DNA of 64,000 nt, from NCBI GenBank assembly GCA_001179505.1, contig CDMY01000069.1, positions 132,908-196,907 of the forward strand. The letters run 5' to 3'. Positions 50,615-62,589 of this stretch are shown in pieces. The notes under the pieces were generated by a model. That model was given only the letters and a program-made list of their open reading frames with translations, made no database searches and had not been told where the DNA came from. Made by a program: the position numbers and the translations under genes. The DNA is from Vitrella brassicaformis CCMP3155 (lineage: Eukaryota > Protista > Chromerida). Numbering within the stretch: the first letter of the stretch is position 1; the number at the start of each line of letters is the position of its first letter.

Positions 50615-51546
50615 TCATTCATCGCTAGTGCGCGAAGTCATGCATGAGCGCCAGTCACTTAATCGATCATCACTCACTGCCAATGCTGGCTGGTCTTTGG
50701 AGCAGTCAGTGCCGGCTGCGGTCCTTGCCAACGCCCTGCCACACCTGCTCACCGCTGCCCAAAGTACCTCCCACCTGCACACACAGGCGACACACGACAC
50801 GCACACAGGGGGTGACCATGGCATGCATGAGACGTGTGCTGTAGGTCTTCACCTTCTATGGTGGCCTTGAGTGGGAGCTGGTGCAGTTGCAGGCCCGAGA
50901 GGTTGTCGAGCCAGTTACGGGCGTTCTCGAGCCGGCGGATGAAGTGACGACCGCAGCCTGGAACAACTGCATGCGACGCATGCCCCTGTATGCACGCATG
51001 CACAATAACACGACAAACGCACCACCTAGGTGTCTGCGCGCGTGTGTACTGTGTGTCGGGTCTTGCTGACTTGAGATCTTCGACTGACGAGTGGGCTTCC
51101 CCGAGGACGAGTGTTGCGCCATGGTGGGTGGTGTGGACGGTCACCATGTAGAAGCCGCCAGGAACTCAAAACGACACATCATACGTCAGATGCTCCTCCT
51201 CTCGTAACTGAATACACACACACACGCACGCACATATCCATGGCAACAGCAATCAACATTGTCATGTGTATTCCGCCAGTTCTCACTCGTGATGGACGAC
51301 GATGTGCTGGAGCATCGACAGTGTCACCCTCGCAAAGGCCGCTGGGACGCTGGATCGGACGAAGGGCTTCTGGCGGGTGTGTTTGTGGTGTGGCTTATTG
51401 ACCACAACCCCCCAACACAAACACGCCCCACATGCGCGCCCCTCCATCTGTCCCTTCTCCAATCCCACCCCACCCCCACCTCAATGGCGTATCTCCTCGG
51501 GCGTGCTGCACGAGGTAGCTTGACAGCCGACTCGAGAACCGTCACA
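50615..51546 (-). CDS. Hypothetical exons, possibly the 5' part of the 47.4-50.5 kb gene
   Basis: Splice-bounded segments such as GHASHAVVPGCGRHFIRRLENARNWLDNLSGLQLHQLPLKATIE and KPFVRSSVPAAFARVTLSMLQHIVVHH. I could not build one consistent phase chain. Confidence 0.3.
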
Positions 51547-51551
51547 CCGTG

Positions 51552-51707
51552 TGCGCGTGTGCGTGGCCTGTTGAAAGTGTTGAAGTGGAGCACTTTGCGG
51601 CCAAACAAGCGTCAGCATTCCCCCCGCTGAACGACAACCTGACGAAACAACACATAACACATACACACACATAACATACAGACACGCGTGACAGACGGTC
51701 CATCGTC
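51552..51707. repeat. ~155-bp dispersed repeat, copy 2, about 25 bp downstream of tRNA-Arg on the minus strand
   Basis: Near-identical to 44469-44621. Confidence 0.92.
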
Positions 51708-51731
51708 GAGATCCCCAACTGAGGGCAAAAG

Positions 51732-51805
51732 AAGGCGAAGCAGGATTCGAACCCACGACCACCCACTCCGTAGGCGGGCATTCTATCCAACTGAACTATT
51801 CGCCC
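51732..51805 (-). tRNA. tRNA-Arg(ACG)
   Basis: GGGCGAA TA GTTC AGTTGGATA GAAT G CCCGC CT-ACG-GA GTGGG TGGTC GTGGG TTCGAAT CCTGC TTCGCCT T folds as a cloverleaf. Anticodon ACG at 51749-51751; a TCTTTT Pol III terminator follows; no intron, no encoded CCA. Confidence 0.9.
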
Positions 51806-51970
51806 TGGTGCAAGTCTCAGTCGCACCCTAGTACTATCACGGCAGATGTCAACACTCCCGCCAGACGATCATTGGTGAGACACGATCACCGATCTACGAC
51901 GCTTTGAAAAGGCCTCTCTCCCCGTCTTAAAGGCACTTCAACCTTCTCCGCCCCTCCCTCAGTCTGCGAA

Positions 51971-52882
51971 ATGAAGTCGTTTCTCTGTGCACTCGTGGTG
52001 GTCAGTGCCCTCGTGGCGGTCTCAGCCTTCCATGTGCCGGTGTCGCCCGTGGCGTTCAGGGGAGGCCGCCGGGCTGCGCGGCCGACCGTCAGGATGGCCA
52101 CCATCGGGCAGGAGATCGCTCAGAACCCGGTGAGTGAGCGAGGGGATGAGTCAGACGATAGATCTCCGTGCAGACGAGGCGCAAGAGAGGCTGGGAATGA
52201 CAGATCTGCAGTCACACACTGCCCGCTGCCGTGTTTGTGTTTCCGTGGTTCTCTCTGACTGTGTCTGTCAGGAGTTGTCGAAACTGTTGGAGATGATCCG
52301 GCTTGCGGGCATCAACCTGAGCAGCGGCGGCCCCTACACGTTCTTCGCGCCCGTCAACAGCGCCTGGGAGAAGATGCCGCCCCGGTCCCGCAACCGGATT
52401 GCCAAGGACGAGCACCGAGATGTCCTCAAGGACACTCTGCTCTACCACGTCCTCACGGCCAAAAAGACCTCGAGTACAAAACGCCAGACAGACAGACAGA
52501 CAGACGGCGACCGAGCGAGCGGGCGACGTAGATAGGCAGATGTGCTGTGCCGTGCATATGCCTGCCTGTCTGCCCGTCTTTCTGTCTGCAGGCGACATCG
52601 CCGGTAGTGAGAACGTCCAGACGGTGTATCAGCGTGAGAACGACTTTTCGTCGTGGCCGTCAGCCAACGTGCCCGTCATGGTTCGCAAGATGGGGAGCGG
52701 CACAATGATGGCCAACTCCGCCAAAGTCATCAAGCCCGACATCATCTGTGACGACGGTACGCACCGCACACACACGCCAAGAACACCAATTGAGGGAGAG
52801 GTGTCTGCCTGCAGGTGTGATCCACTTGGTGGACAAGGTCTTTTTCCCCTATGTGCACGACCAGGCGGGATGGGGCAAGTAG
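51971..52882 (+). CDS. Single fasciclin (FAS1) domain protein with bipartite signal + plastid transit peptide; 4 exons
   Basis: MKSFLCALVVVSALVAVSA-FHVPVSPVAFRGGRRAARPTVRMA, then FAS1 motifs YTFFAPVNSAW, LLYHV and DDG|VIHLVDKV; TAG at 52880-52882. Confidence 0.88.
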
Positions 52883-54059
52883 ACACACCCAACCCACATG
52901 ATACAGTGATGTGATGTGGCGTGATACGGGGGGGTCGAAGCCGATTGACTGACTGCATGGCTGCCTGCCTGACTGGGTCTGTCTGAACGGGTGGTGGGTG
53001 GGTGGGTGGGTGGCTGGTTGGCTGATTGCTCCTCTTCTTACCCCCTCCCCCCCTCCCCTCCCGGTTTCCTTGTCTACTTACTGTTTTTCCCGTCCGTCTG
53101 TCCGTCTCAAGATACATAGGTCGATGCAATGGCCATGTACTCAGCTGATGGCTGCAGAAGTATATGTGCCGCTTCCTTCTATGTGCCTTGCTTCTCCCTT
53201 CCTGCTGGTAGCTCACTCCCCGTCACATCTGTTGGTGTGATGGCGAGCCAGCTGCCGGTGGCGGTGAGAGAGCATGTCACTCAGAGCACAGAGAAGGACA
53301 GATGTGCACAACACGTCTAGCGAGGCAAGGAGGCAGGGTACCATCCGTCCGTTTGTCCCGCCTGCACTGCCCGGCTGTGGATCCAGGCTTTAATGCATGG
53401 GATTACATTATAGCTATGTAGGCGTACGAAACGCTGGCTGGCCGACTGACGGGTTTGGGGAAGTGAGTGATTTTTGGGCTGCGATTGATGCGAGAGCTCA
53501 AAGCCAAGGATGCGTGCGTCTTGGTCCATGCGAACAGTTTTCGACTTGCGATACTGACCGATCTGTGCTGCATGCATCCATCACGCGCACTCAACACGGT
53601 GACGCACGAACCAGCAGCAAGGACACGCAGTGGAGAGCAGGGATACGCTTGAGGTGAGGCCAACTCAAATGGAAAGGCCAACACACGAATGTTTCGACAG
53701 GTTCACTCATTTACCACGAGTCAAGCAACGTCAAGCGCGATAAAGGAAGATACACATACATAACATACCCACCTGTGCCCGCGAGCACACAACATGCGCC
53801 GATCGATGTCTGTCTACTGTCCTTGCTGCACGAGCGAGCCCCTAGCTACACACTGACAAGCTATGCTATGCTATTGCTGCTGCACGTGGTGTCTGTCTGT
53901 CTGTCTACTTTTCTTTCAAATCTAAATGTACGCTTGTGTTTGCTACAGCCTCATACGATACATAGATGTGTGGACACACGGACAGGAACCAGTGAATGTG
54001 ATGCACAAGCACAGAGACATGACCATGACCCACATCACCGTTTCCTACCCTTGACGTCT

Positions 54060-57000
54060 TCATACATCCATCGCCTCTTCACGTGTGATCTTGTGTACCT
54101 CCTCGGCGTGCGGTTCCGCGCTGTGGACCTCAAGAGCCGATGTCACCATGCTGGACTCGTTCCCCTCTGGCTGGCCGTCCGCAATGTCCTCAATGTCGTC
54201 AAGGTCCAGCACCTCCCGCAAGTGCATCTCTTCTCGCTGATCAGAAGACACGTCTCCATCGCTCACGTGGTGTTCCTCCAACACCGCCCCTTCCTCCTTT
54301 CTCTGGGCCCCCTTCTTGCCGCCATCGTCCTTCTTCTTCGGGGGGAGCTTCAGGAACACACTCAGCCTGCCAATAGACGACCGGTTTCCAGAGGAAAGTA
54401 TCGAGGCCCTTTCTTTGTCGTGGGGCGACTGCAGGTCGGGTGTAGCTGTTGGCTGCAGAGACGGGGAAAGGGCACCCTGGGGCTTGCTGCCCTTGTTCTC
54501 GCCTTCGTCGTGCTGTCGCCTGTCGTTGCGTTCATCTCCTTGGTCGCCGTCTTCCTCTCCTTCAGCGTCCGGGTTGCTCATGAAGTCCAGATCGTCGTCC
54601 AGAGTCAGCTGGAACTCCTTCTTGGCGTCCTCCAGGTCGTCTCTCTTGCTGGAATCCAGCGATCCAGTGCCCCACCGCGTGATAAGCCTGCCAATTCTCT
54701 TGGATGTGGCCGCACTTGGACTTATCGGGTTTGATGGCGTATGGTTGTCATGGCGGGGCGACGTCGGGGCTCCTTGCTGTGCGCCACCCGGGATTTTACC
54801 CATCACTTCCACTGACGGAATCACACCACACAGCAATTCTCTGGGCAGCCAGTAAGTAGAGAACAGTCTCTCTCTCTCTTTCCCCATCTACACACGCTCA
54901 AAGATGCCCAGGAAGCGCTGGATGGCCTGACGGTCAAAGCTACATGAACAAGCACACAAGAGCGTGAGACATGGGAGCAAGGAACGAGTTTCCGGAAGCC
55001 AGCTTTGCCAACTTACGGTGGTAGCCTGGTGATCTTCCTGACGAGCGACGCCCTGTGCAGGTCGTTGACAAACGCCCCTGCTTCCCTGAGGCGATCGACG
55101 GCCTGCTCGACAGCCGCTTGCAAGCCCTTTTGCATCTTCCGCTTGGCGTTGAGTGCCACGAGGACACTCGCCACCGCAGCAATGTTGACGAAGAGGAAGA
55201 CGATGAATGTTGTGACGCTGAAGAAGGAGCTGGACCGTTCCAGCTTGGGGACAAAGTATGTGGCGAGGGCGGACATCACGATCAGAGCTGACAGGAGAGA
55301 AGAGGAAGAGGCAGACACACGACGGGTCACCTGTGGGCCCACAAGGGCGGCTGGTCATGTGTTGTGGTTGCATATCCACCTGCCATGATGACGGTGTCCA
55401 TCACATTGATAAGGACATTTGACCAGGGCCACAGGATGCACTGAAAGATCTGAACAATGCACAGAAGTCATGGCCACATGACCGTTGCTGCCGTGTCTCT
55501 CTATCCGTCGCTGACCAGAAATGTCGTGAGAATCAAGATGAATATCGTCGCCTGCATGTGGCCATCTGATAGCGAGATACACAGGCATAGGTTGCTCATG
55601 CACATCCGGTCAGGGAACAGGCTTGTCGAGAAAAGGACCAATCACCTGTCGGCACGAGCACATTCGTCATGGCAAGCAGGGTGTTTCGCGTCATGAATGC
55701 GATTCCCCACCACCACACATCAGGCCTGCCAAGCAGAGAATGAGACAGAAGAGACAGTGTAATGAGGGCTGATGCTTCTTATGCCACACCTGTAGTCCGC
55801 GATTAGAAACTTGTACCTCACCCGAAAGCTGGGATTGGTGTGGAACAGTCTGCATGTCACGGAGAAGGGTATGGATACACTCTGTGCTTCTGACTCTGTG
55901 GTTGCTTTGTTCACCCGGGGGCGTGCCAATTGAGATACGAGAAGGACGCCAAAGTGCCGACCACATAGACCAAGATTCCAAATATCGCCAGAGGCTGTGT
56001 ATACCACATAGACCATCACCACATGTAGGCGCACACCAGAATGCGGGAATGGCTCACCAGGAACTTGCTTAACCACTCTCCCTCAGAGCAGAGGATCTCC
56101 GGGAAAGCTCTCATGGAGAAACGGCCTGATGCATTGGAGCATGGTACCAGTAGACATAGATGCAGCACGTCAGTCTTACCATCTGGTGCTTGTAGCATTG
56201 GAAGATAAGGAACGAGTTCGTGCTGCAGACAGAGACATTTTGCGTGTGCACTTAGGCAGCAGTATGAGGATCGCTTACCAAAGTGTGATGTACAGCACCC
56301 TGATTGTCCAGAGATACACGTTGATGGTTTTGTCTGGGATCATGGGAAGATCCCACAGGAGAGCCCAACTCACTCTCACAAACCACGGTCGCCCGGCAAA
56401 GTCGTCCCTTTTCCTCCTCTTCTGTCCGCCTTCGCCGCCTGTCTCCTGCCGCACGATCGCAGCCCCCCCTTCAGCGCCTTGTGTCAGCGAGCCCCTCGGA
56501 GATGCCATAGACATTCCCGTGTGGCTGCTGCCCACGGACATGCCGTGTGGCTGCGAGCCATCGACACGTTGGTGTTGCTGCGGCCGCCCAGTGAGTTGGC
56601 CCTATCGAAAAAGTCAGGCGAGACGAGGAATCGGTCGCGGACCTTGGCTATCAGGACAGAGAGCCCCCACAGCAGGGCGTAGCCGGTCAGGGCCACCAGT
56701 GGCAGTGACATACGAATGAAGAAGTTCGCAAAGGGGCTCAGCTGGACGCTGCATGAGGGGCGAAGCATCTCGGGATTGAGAATGAAAATCTGCACTCATG
56801 CGGCAAGCAAGATAGCAGGCGGGAGTCCCTGTCTCAAGGAGTGAATTCGTCAAGCTTGCCTGCATGCCGCTGATGATGGCCCTCCAAGGGCTGATCCACT
56901 GCATGTTGAAGTTTGCGAATAGCGACAGCGTCATATAGAAGTTGACCTGAGCATACCGAGACAAATCGCGCATGCAGACGCATAGCCAGCCGTAGAGAGT

Positions 57001-60000
57001 CAGACAGCCATGTGTACGTACCAGGAGAGCAAAGAGCGGTCCGGTCCCCGTGGACTGCGAGCCGGTGAAACTGTAGCTGTGATTTCTCATCACGTAGAGA
57101 AGATACAGGGCCGCCAACATCAACACGCCACACACGGCGGGAATGGCTGAGTCGCCGTCGTCGCACTCCACGCACGAACCTGCAGAGGCACCCGTTTGTG
57201 AATCCGCATGCATCGAGTCTTACAGGAAGATTCGGCTTGTGGCTCACCGGATCCTTGCTTGAAGTACCCGTCTTTGCACCCCTCGCAAAGCATGCCTGCA
57301 ACAAGCAAAGGAGCAAACTTGGCTCTACGAGCTTCTGGAAGATGTTCGCTCACCAGTTGCACCCGTTTTGCACATGGTCTCGTTGGGGTACCGAGAGGGA
57401 CACGCTTCAGGAATGCCGCATCGGAAGATAGACACCTCTTGAAATAGCTCCACCTCGCTCTGGCTGATTTTGTCTACCCAGTATCCCTCTCTCAGACGGG
57501 GCAGCTTCAGGCCGCCCGCACACGTAGCGCCTGCATGAAGATGATGTGTCTCGGTGAGGTCAGTAGACAGGGGTGCACTTACCTTCAGGACAAGAGCGGC
57601 ATTTATCAGCTACCTGGTCGAGATACGTGTCCTCAGGACACTGCGACACAGTTTATCGAAGGTCAAAGGAAATGCTGCGGCTGCGATAGGGCTTAATCGC
57701 ATTGTGTTGTCTCACCACACACTCGTCCACCGACTCGGTGCCGAGGGAAAGGGTTGTCTTTTGGCTTCCGACAGGGCAGTCGGTACACGACAGCGCCCCA
57801 CTGACGTTCGTGTAGGTGCCGAATGGACACCTGCCGCACACCCATGCCGCAACAAATACATGCGCCACTCACGAATTGCAAGTCCGGCCCACTCACCTCT
57901 CGCACTTCGTAAGACTCATCTCTTTTTCCCCTCTGAATGTGCCTGGAGACAATAATACCGTGCTCCTCTGTGCACGAAAGCTCGTCAGATGTGTCTCTTA
58001 CCTGGCCTGCAAGGAATGCATTCACTCGAGCCTCCTGTCGACTCCGTGCCAGGAGGGCATGCAATGCACGGCTCGTCAGGGGGCATGGATGCGTTGCGAT
58101 ATGTGCCTTGCTGCAGGCAGAACACACAACGCCATGATTGACTGCGCATACCCGCGAGTGAGTCATTTACGGGGCATGGCTGGCACACGAACTGTCCCGG
58201 CATTTGGTTGAAGAATCCCTCCTGATGAAGATGCAACGAATGTGTAATGTCAAGTGATTTCATGTTGTGGTCATGCTCCACCGCGCATGGGAGGCAAGTC
58301 CCGCCATCTCTGCCCTCGGTCCCAGCCGGACATGCCACGCACACCATGATCGCGTCAGATGCCATTGAAGTGCCCGTATGCGCCGTTCCATTTGCTGTTG
58401 AGTTGTCACTTGTGGCGTTTGGATTCGGAGCGGCTGTCGGCTGCTGCGTGCTTTGTGTTGACGGCTGATACCCCGCGATGCACTCACAACGACGCCCGTC
58501 TGAGCTTTGCTGCTGGAAGGCACCACACGTAGAGCAACTGAGAGCACAAAGGAGAGACACCACCTAAGAGCGAGGCACGCACAGGACATTAGCAATCCCC
58601 ACCGTCCGTATTCTTTGATAAAGACTTGATCAGCCCGGCAGCCTCGAGTGCCGAAGGACGTGTTGGTTAGGGCGAGAGACGAGTCGACCCAATATGTGTG
58701 AGTTGCTGCTCCGAGGCGTACGCCCCGTAATACGTACTGAAAAATGATAATACGCACACGCATCGCAGTGACTCTGTCTGCGAGCCATCTTCTACCCTGT
58801 CAACGTCTTCTGCGTCTTCAATCGTGACAACTTCGATGTCGATGTCATTGCGCACGTAGGACAAGAGCCCGTCGTCAAAGTGGGGTCGACCAAACAGCTT
58901 CAAATCATATGCTTCCTTGCCGCCGACGACATTCACGACTGCATAATCGCCAAACACCGGAGGGTCCGTGTGTAGTTTCCCCCCGGAGGGTCCGTCTCGT
59001 TCAGTTGTGTGAACTCCACACTCAGCACGCGGCTTTCCGCGAGAGTTGACCACACGCCCTTCATCTGCAGGATCGACGTGTCTCCCCAAGAAGTGTTGCT
59101 GCACATAGGTGACCACACGCACACAGAGACATACAGACAGCCACATGTGCGCGTGATGAATCGAGATCTGGAGGGAACGTCTGGGGGACCTGATGTCCAC
59201 GAAACGCCGGAATGCGTCAAACGACTCGATTTGCGGCGCGTTTGTAGCCATGTCGAACTCAAGAATGAGCAGATCGTGCATTTGCACGCCTTCCTCTGGC
59301 GAGCTCTTGGCGTCCATGCCCTGGGCACTGATCAGCTGTGGTCCCTTTGGCAGCACGGTGATCTCGACGCTTGCTTCGTGAAGAGACTTGCCGCCCACTT
59401 GGTCCAGGGCTACGTATTGCACAACTGATCACACAGAAAGAGCACACCTATGAAACAGTCGATACCAGAAAGCGTATTCCAGAAGTGTGTCTGGCTCTCA
59501 CCAGTGGAGCATTCCTCTGTTGACGTCCCCGTCGCTGCTCTAAACTCCACCTGTTGGCTCTCGATCTGCACCGTGGCTCCTCCAGTGCCGATTTGTGTTC
59601 CATTGACAAATAGCGCGCCGCACATGTCATCCGGGAAGCGCGTAATATTGACTGTCACTGTGTCGATTGCCGGCGAGTACGGCCTCAGTGAGAGATTGTC
59701 TGGATCCAGTGCGTCGAGGGGCAGCACACGGTTGGTGGATGATTCAACCTCGATCGAAAGAGAGTAACCCTGAGATGGGAAAGCAGGGGCACATGTGGTC
59801 GTGACAAAGATGGGTTGTGATGGTAACTCACCGCAAGAGCGTGCATTCGGCTTTTGGCCACTTCAAAGCCGGTTCTCTGGAATGGCTTGCAGTTTGAAGC
59901 AGAAGACACACACCACAGAGTGCCGTCAAGCGCGGCTCCAGTAGAGGCGTAGTTGCGGAGGACGCTCTCTGTCGACTCGGTGGGCACACGTTCAAGGTCT

Positions 60001-62327
60001 TCATCTGTGTGCATGAGAGCAGCGATCACGAAGGTGCCCGTGGGATGGGTACGAGACGTAAGATGAACAAATTCATGATGCTCACTTGTCACGGGATAGT
60101 ATATATAAAGGTCTTCTTCGTCACCTGCGGACAGTGGAAAACGAGACATGGTGACTAGATTGCTGGCCTGCGTGTATCTATACCATTTAACCGCTTGTTC
60201 CAGAATTGTGCAATTTGTTCGTCACTCCTCATTCCTTTCCACACTCTGATCTCGCTGTATTCACCGCTGATGAAGTCCGATGGCTTCAATCCGCTGACAC
60301 CACCCTTGTCCCAGTCCTGCATGCAATGCATACACATGAATTGACGATCGACACTCCCGTAAGCCGGTTGCTTGCCTGCCCAAAGGTTGGCAGGTGCAAT
60401 GTCTCGCCTGAGTTGCACTCGGGCTTGACGGCCGTGCGCATTGACTTGTGGGCTGTCACGTAATTGTCCGTCATCGACACAGGCAGGCGCGTGCCGTTGC
60501 TGTATACCCTGATTTCCCACAGTGTGTCTTCGTCGCACACATCTGCTGTCTTGTTGACTAGGGCCCAGCTGAAGGCGATGTGCTGGGGAAGTGTGTGCCG
60601 CATCTCGTTGACAATCAGCGTCTTCTTTCCGGAGGCCATCCGAAACTGGAATATGACGTTGCCTCCGTCGAGACACACCTTGTGGCCATTCCAGCCGACT
60701 GATCGATCCAGGGAGAAGATGCAGGTGCTGAGAAAAACAGCATTGTCCTCTTTCTTGCGATCAGTCTCTGAGTAGTGATACTTCTTACTATGCGTTTGGG
60801 ATGGAGTGCCAGTGAAACCACATCTCGACCGTCATTTCCCCTCCTGGAGGCATACTTGGTGCTGTGATGTAGCCCTCGTTGCCAAACAGACGCACGGCAT
60901 AGCTACCGCCAGCAACGGGAGGCTGTTCGGGTTTGACTTGCACCACGTACTGGACGCTGAACCATACAAAGGAATCCATACACAGTGACAAGAATGAATC
61001 CCTCGTCTCTACGTACGGGTTGCCCATCGTGGTACACACGGTGTCTCCAAACGCCGACACATTCATAGCCAGCCCGTCAAGGGTTTCCTCGCCCTGGCTT
61101 CCTGCTCTCATCCAGACACTGTTGAGATCATATGTTAGCCTATCAGCGATCATAACTCCATTTACGGCCGACAGCAGTTGCCGGAATCCATTGTCACGTC
61201 TCTCCACCTGCAGTTGCAGTACGTTCTGCGTCGTCGGTAGAGAGAAGTGAAGGGCATCGACTGTTGACGGCGAGAGGGATTGGGGTATGGACAGGTCCTG
61301 CAAGACATCTTCTCGGGCGAGCACAAATGTCTTCCCGCCCGTGAGTACGAAAGGGCTTCCCTCATACTCCGGCCGGCTCTGAGTGATGCCGCCGCCTCTC
61401 AACACCATGGGCTCATCCGGATTGTCAAACGACAGCTGCATGTAGAGATCCACAACAGCCGGGCTCCCCAGAGGGTTCTCATTGACCATTAGCGCGGCAT
61501 TGGCCCCGTCTGCAATCCATTCCCGCACCGCCGGGCCAGTCAGGTTTTGTGTGGCCCTGATGGCTGCTTCCGATCTGCAGCCCCTCCAAAAGCGCACTTC
61601 GTCAATCAAGCCAGAAAAGATGTTGAAGTGCTTCTTCTCCTTGCTCGAGACATCCAGGTGAGTGCCGAATGTAAGAGGATTCTTTTGGTCGTCGGCGAAA
61701 GGCGGGTTGTCGAACGTCTGATTGAAAACATGATTGCCGTCTAAGTATCCCGTGCACTCCTGCTTTGTCAAAGGAGGGGAGATGGCGCATGTAAAGGCGA
61801 AATGATGCTGCATTGCAAGGGGATGGTGTGACAGATATCAGCACAAGTGCAGCCTGTTCCCGTACCGGTACGTATTTCTGCGGGCAGTTCTCAATACCCT
61901 CCAGGAACGCACAGGAAGCGTAGACCTCGAAGCCGAAGTTGGAGCTCAGAGCTCCCAGTTGATACCTCTCGTTGGTCACCACAAATATTCGAGCGCCTGA
62001 GAGCGTCACTTGCTGCACGATGACCTGCAACGCGATTGCGGGCTGCTCCTGCGAGTCACGCTGCTGATACCAAAACTCGAGTGTGTAGTCGCCCGCCAGA
62101 AAGTCCAACAACGAGGGAGAGGCGCTGTCGATAACATACAGAAAGTCTGCACCATCACATGGCACAGACGGGCAGTGCGAACCTTCCTTTTTCGCCTCTC
62201 ATGCGTGCTCACCGTCGACGCCATCGAACGAGAGAGCCAGTCCAGCGCCCCCGGCACTGCATTTCTTGAGTTCAGCAGCCAAGAGCAGAATCGCCATTGC
62301 AAAGTAGAAGAGCGCATCGACCCCCAT
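54060..62327 (-). CDS. Large membrane receptor-like protein: signal peptide, 2 LamG/pentraxin-like domains, beta-sandwich region, GCC2_GCC3-type Cys repeats, multi-TM region, acidic tail (CRMP-like); many exons
   Basis: Signal peptide MGVDALFYFAMAILLLAAE. LamG motifs DYTLEFWY, HHFAFT...YLDG, SGLIDEVRFW, EMTVEMWF, SGEYSEIRVW. CxxCxxG(T/Y) repeats (CPAGTEG, CIACPPGT, CPFGTY, CTDCPVG, CEGCKDGY). Hydrophobic helices from VCGVLMLAALYLLYVM to FIVFLFVNIAAVASVLVAL. Stop at 54060-54062. Confidence 0.78.
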
Positions 62328-62589
62328 TGCCGGGCACTGCCTCAGAGTTGGATTATTGCGGGGCAGCAGAAATGTCCCAACTGGGGCCCTTGGGGTCGTT
62401 CGTAAACACACTGGGGATCGAGGGGCTCTCGCGTGGTCACTCGTTCGTTCGTCCAGTCATGCATTCATTCATTCGTTCGTTCGTTCATCCATCCATCCAT
62501 TCGTATACACAGGCATTCGATGGAACGGCTGGTCCATTATGCCGTTGCACATGACTGCAGCGAGAGCATGCACTGGATCTAGTTCCTAC

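Noticed and set aside
52950-54050. Small ORFs between the FAS1 gene and the receptor gene (e.g. 53403-53684)
   Set aside because: No recognisable motifs, microsatellite-rich, and positioned as the convergent 3'UTRs of the flanking genes.
16058-62327. Claudin-like and CRMP-like genes as a clustered ancestral rhoptry/extrusome-discharge system
   Set aside because: Both families relate to secretion in apicomplexans, but these genes are about 35 kb apart with unrelated housekeeping genes between. Neither orthology is proven, so co-location is most likely chance.
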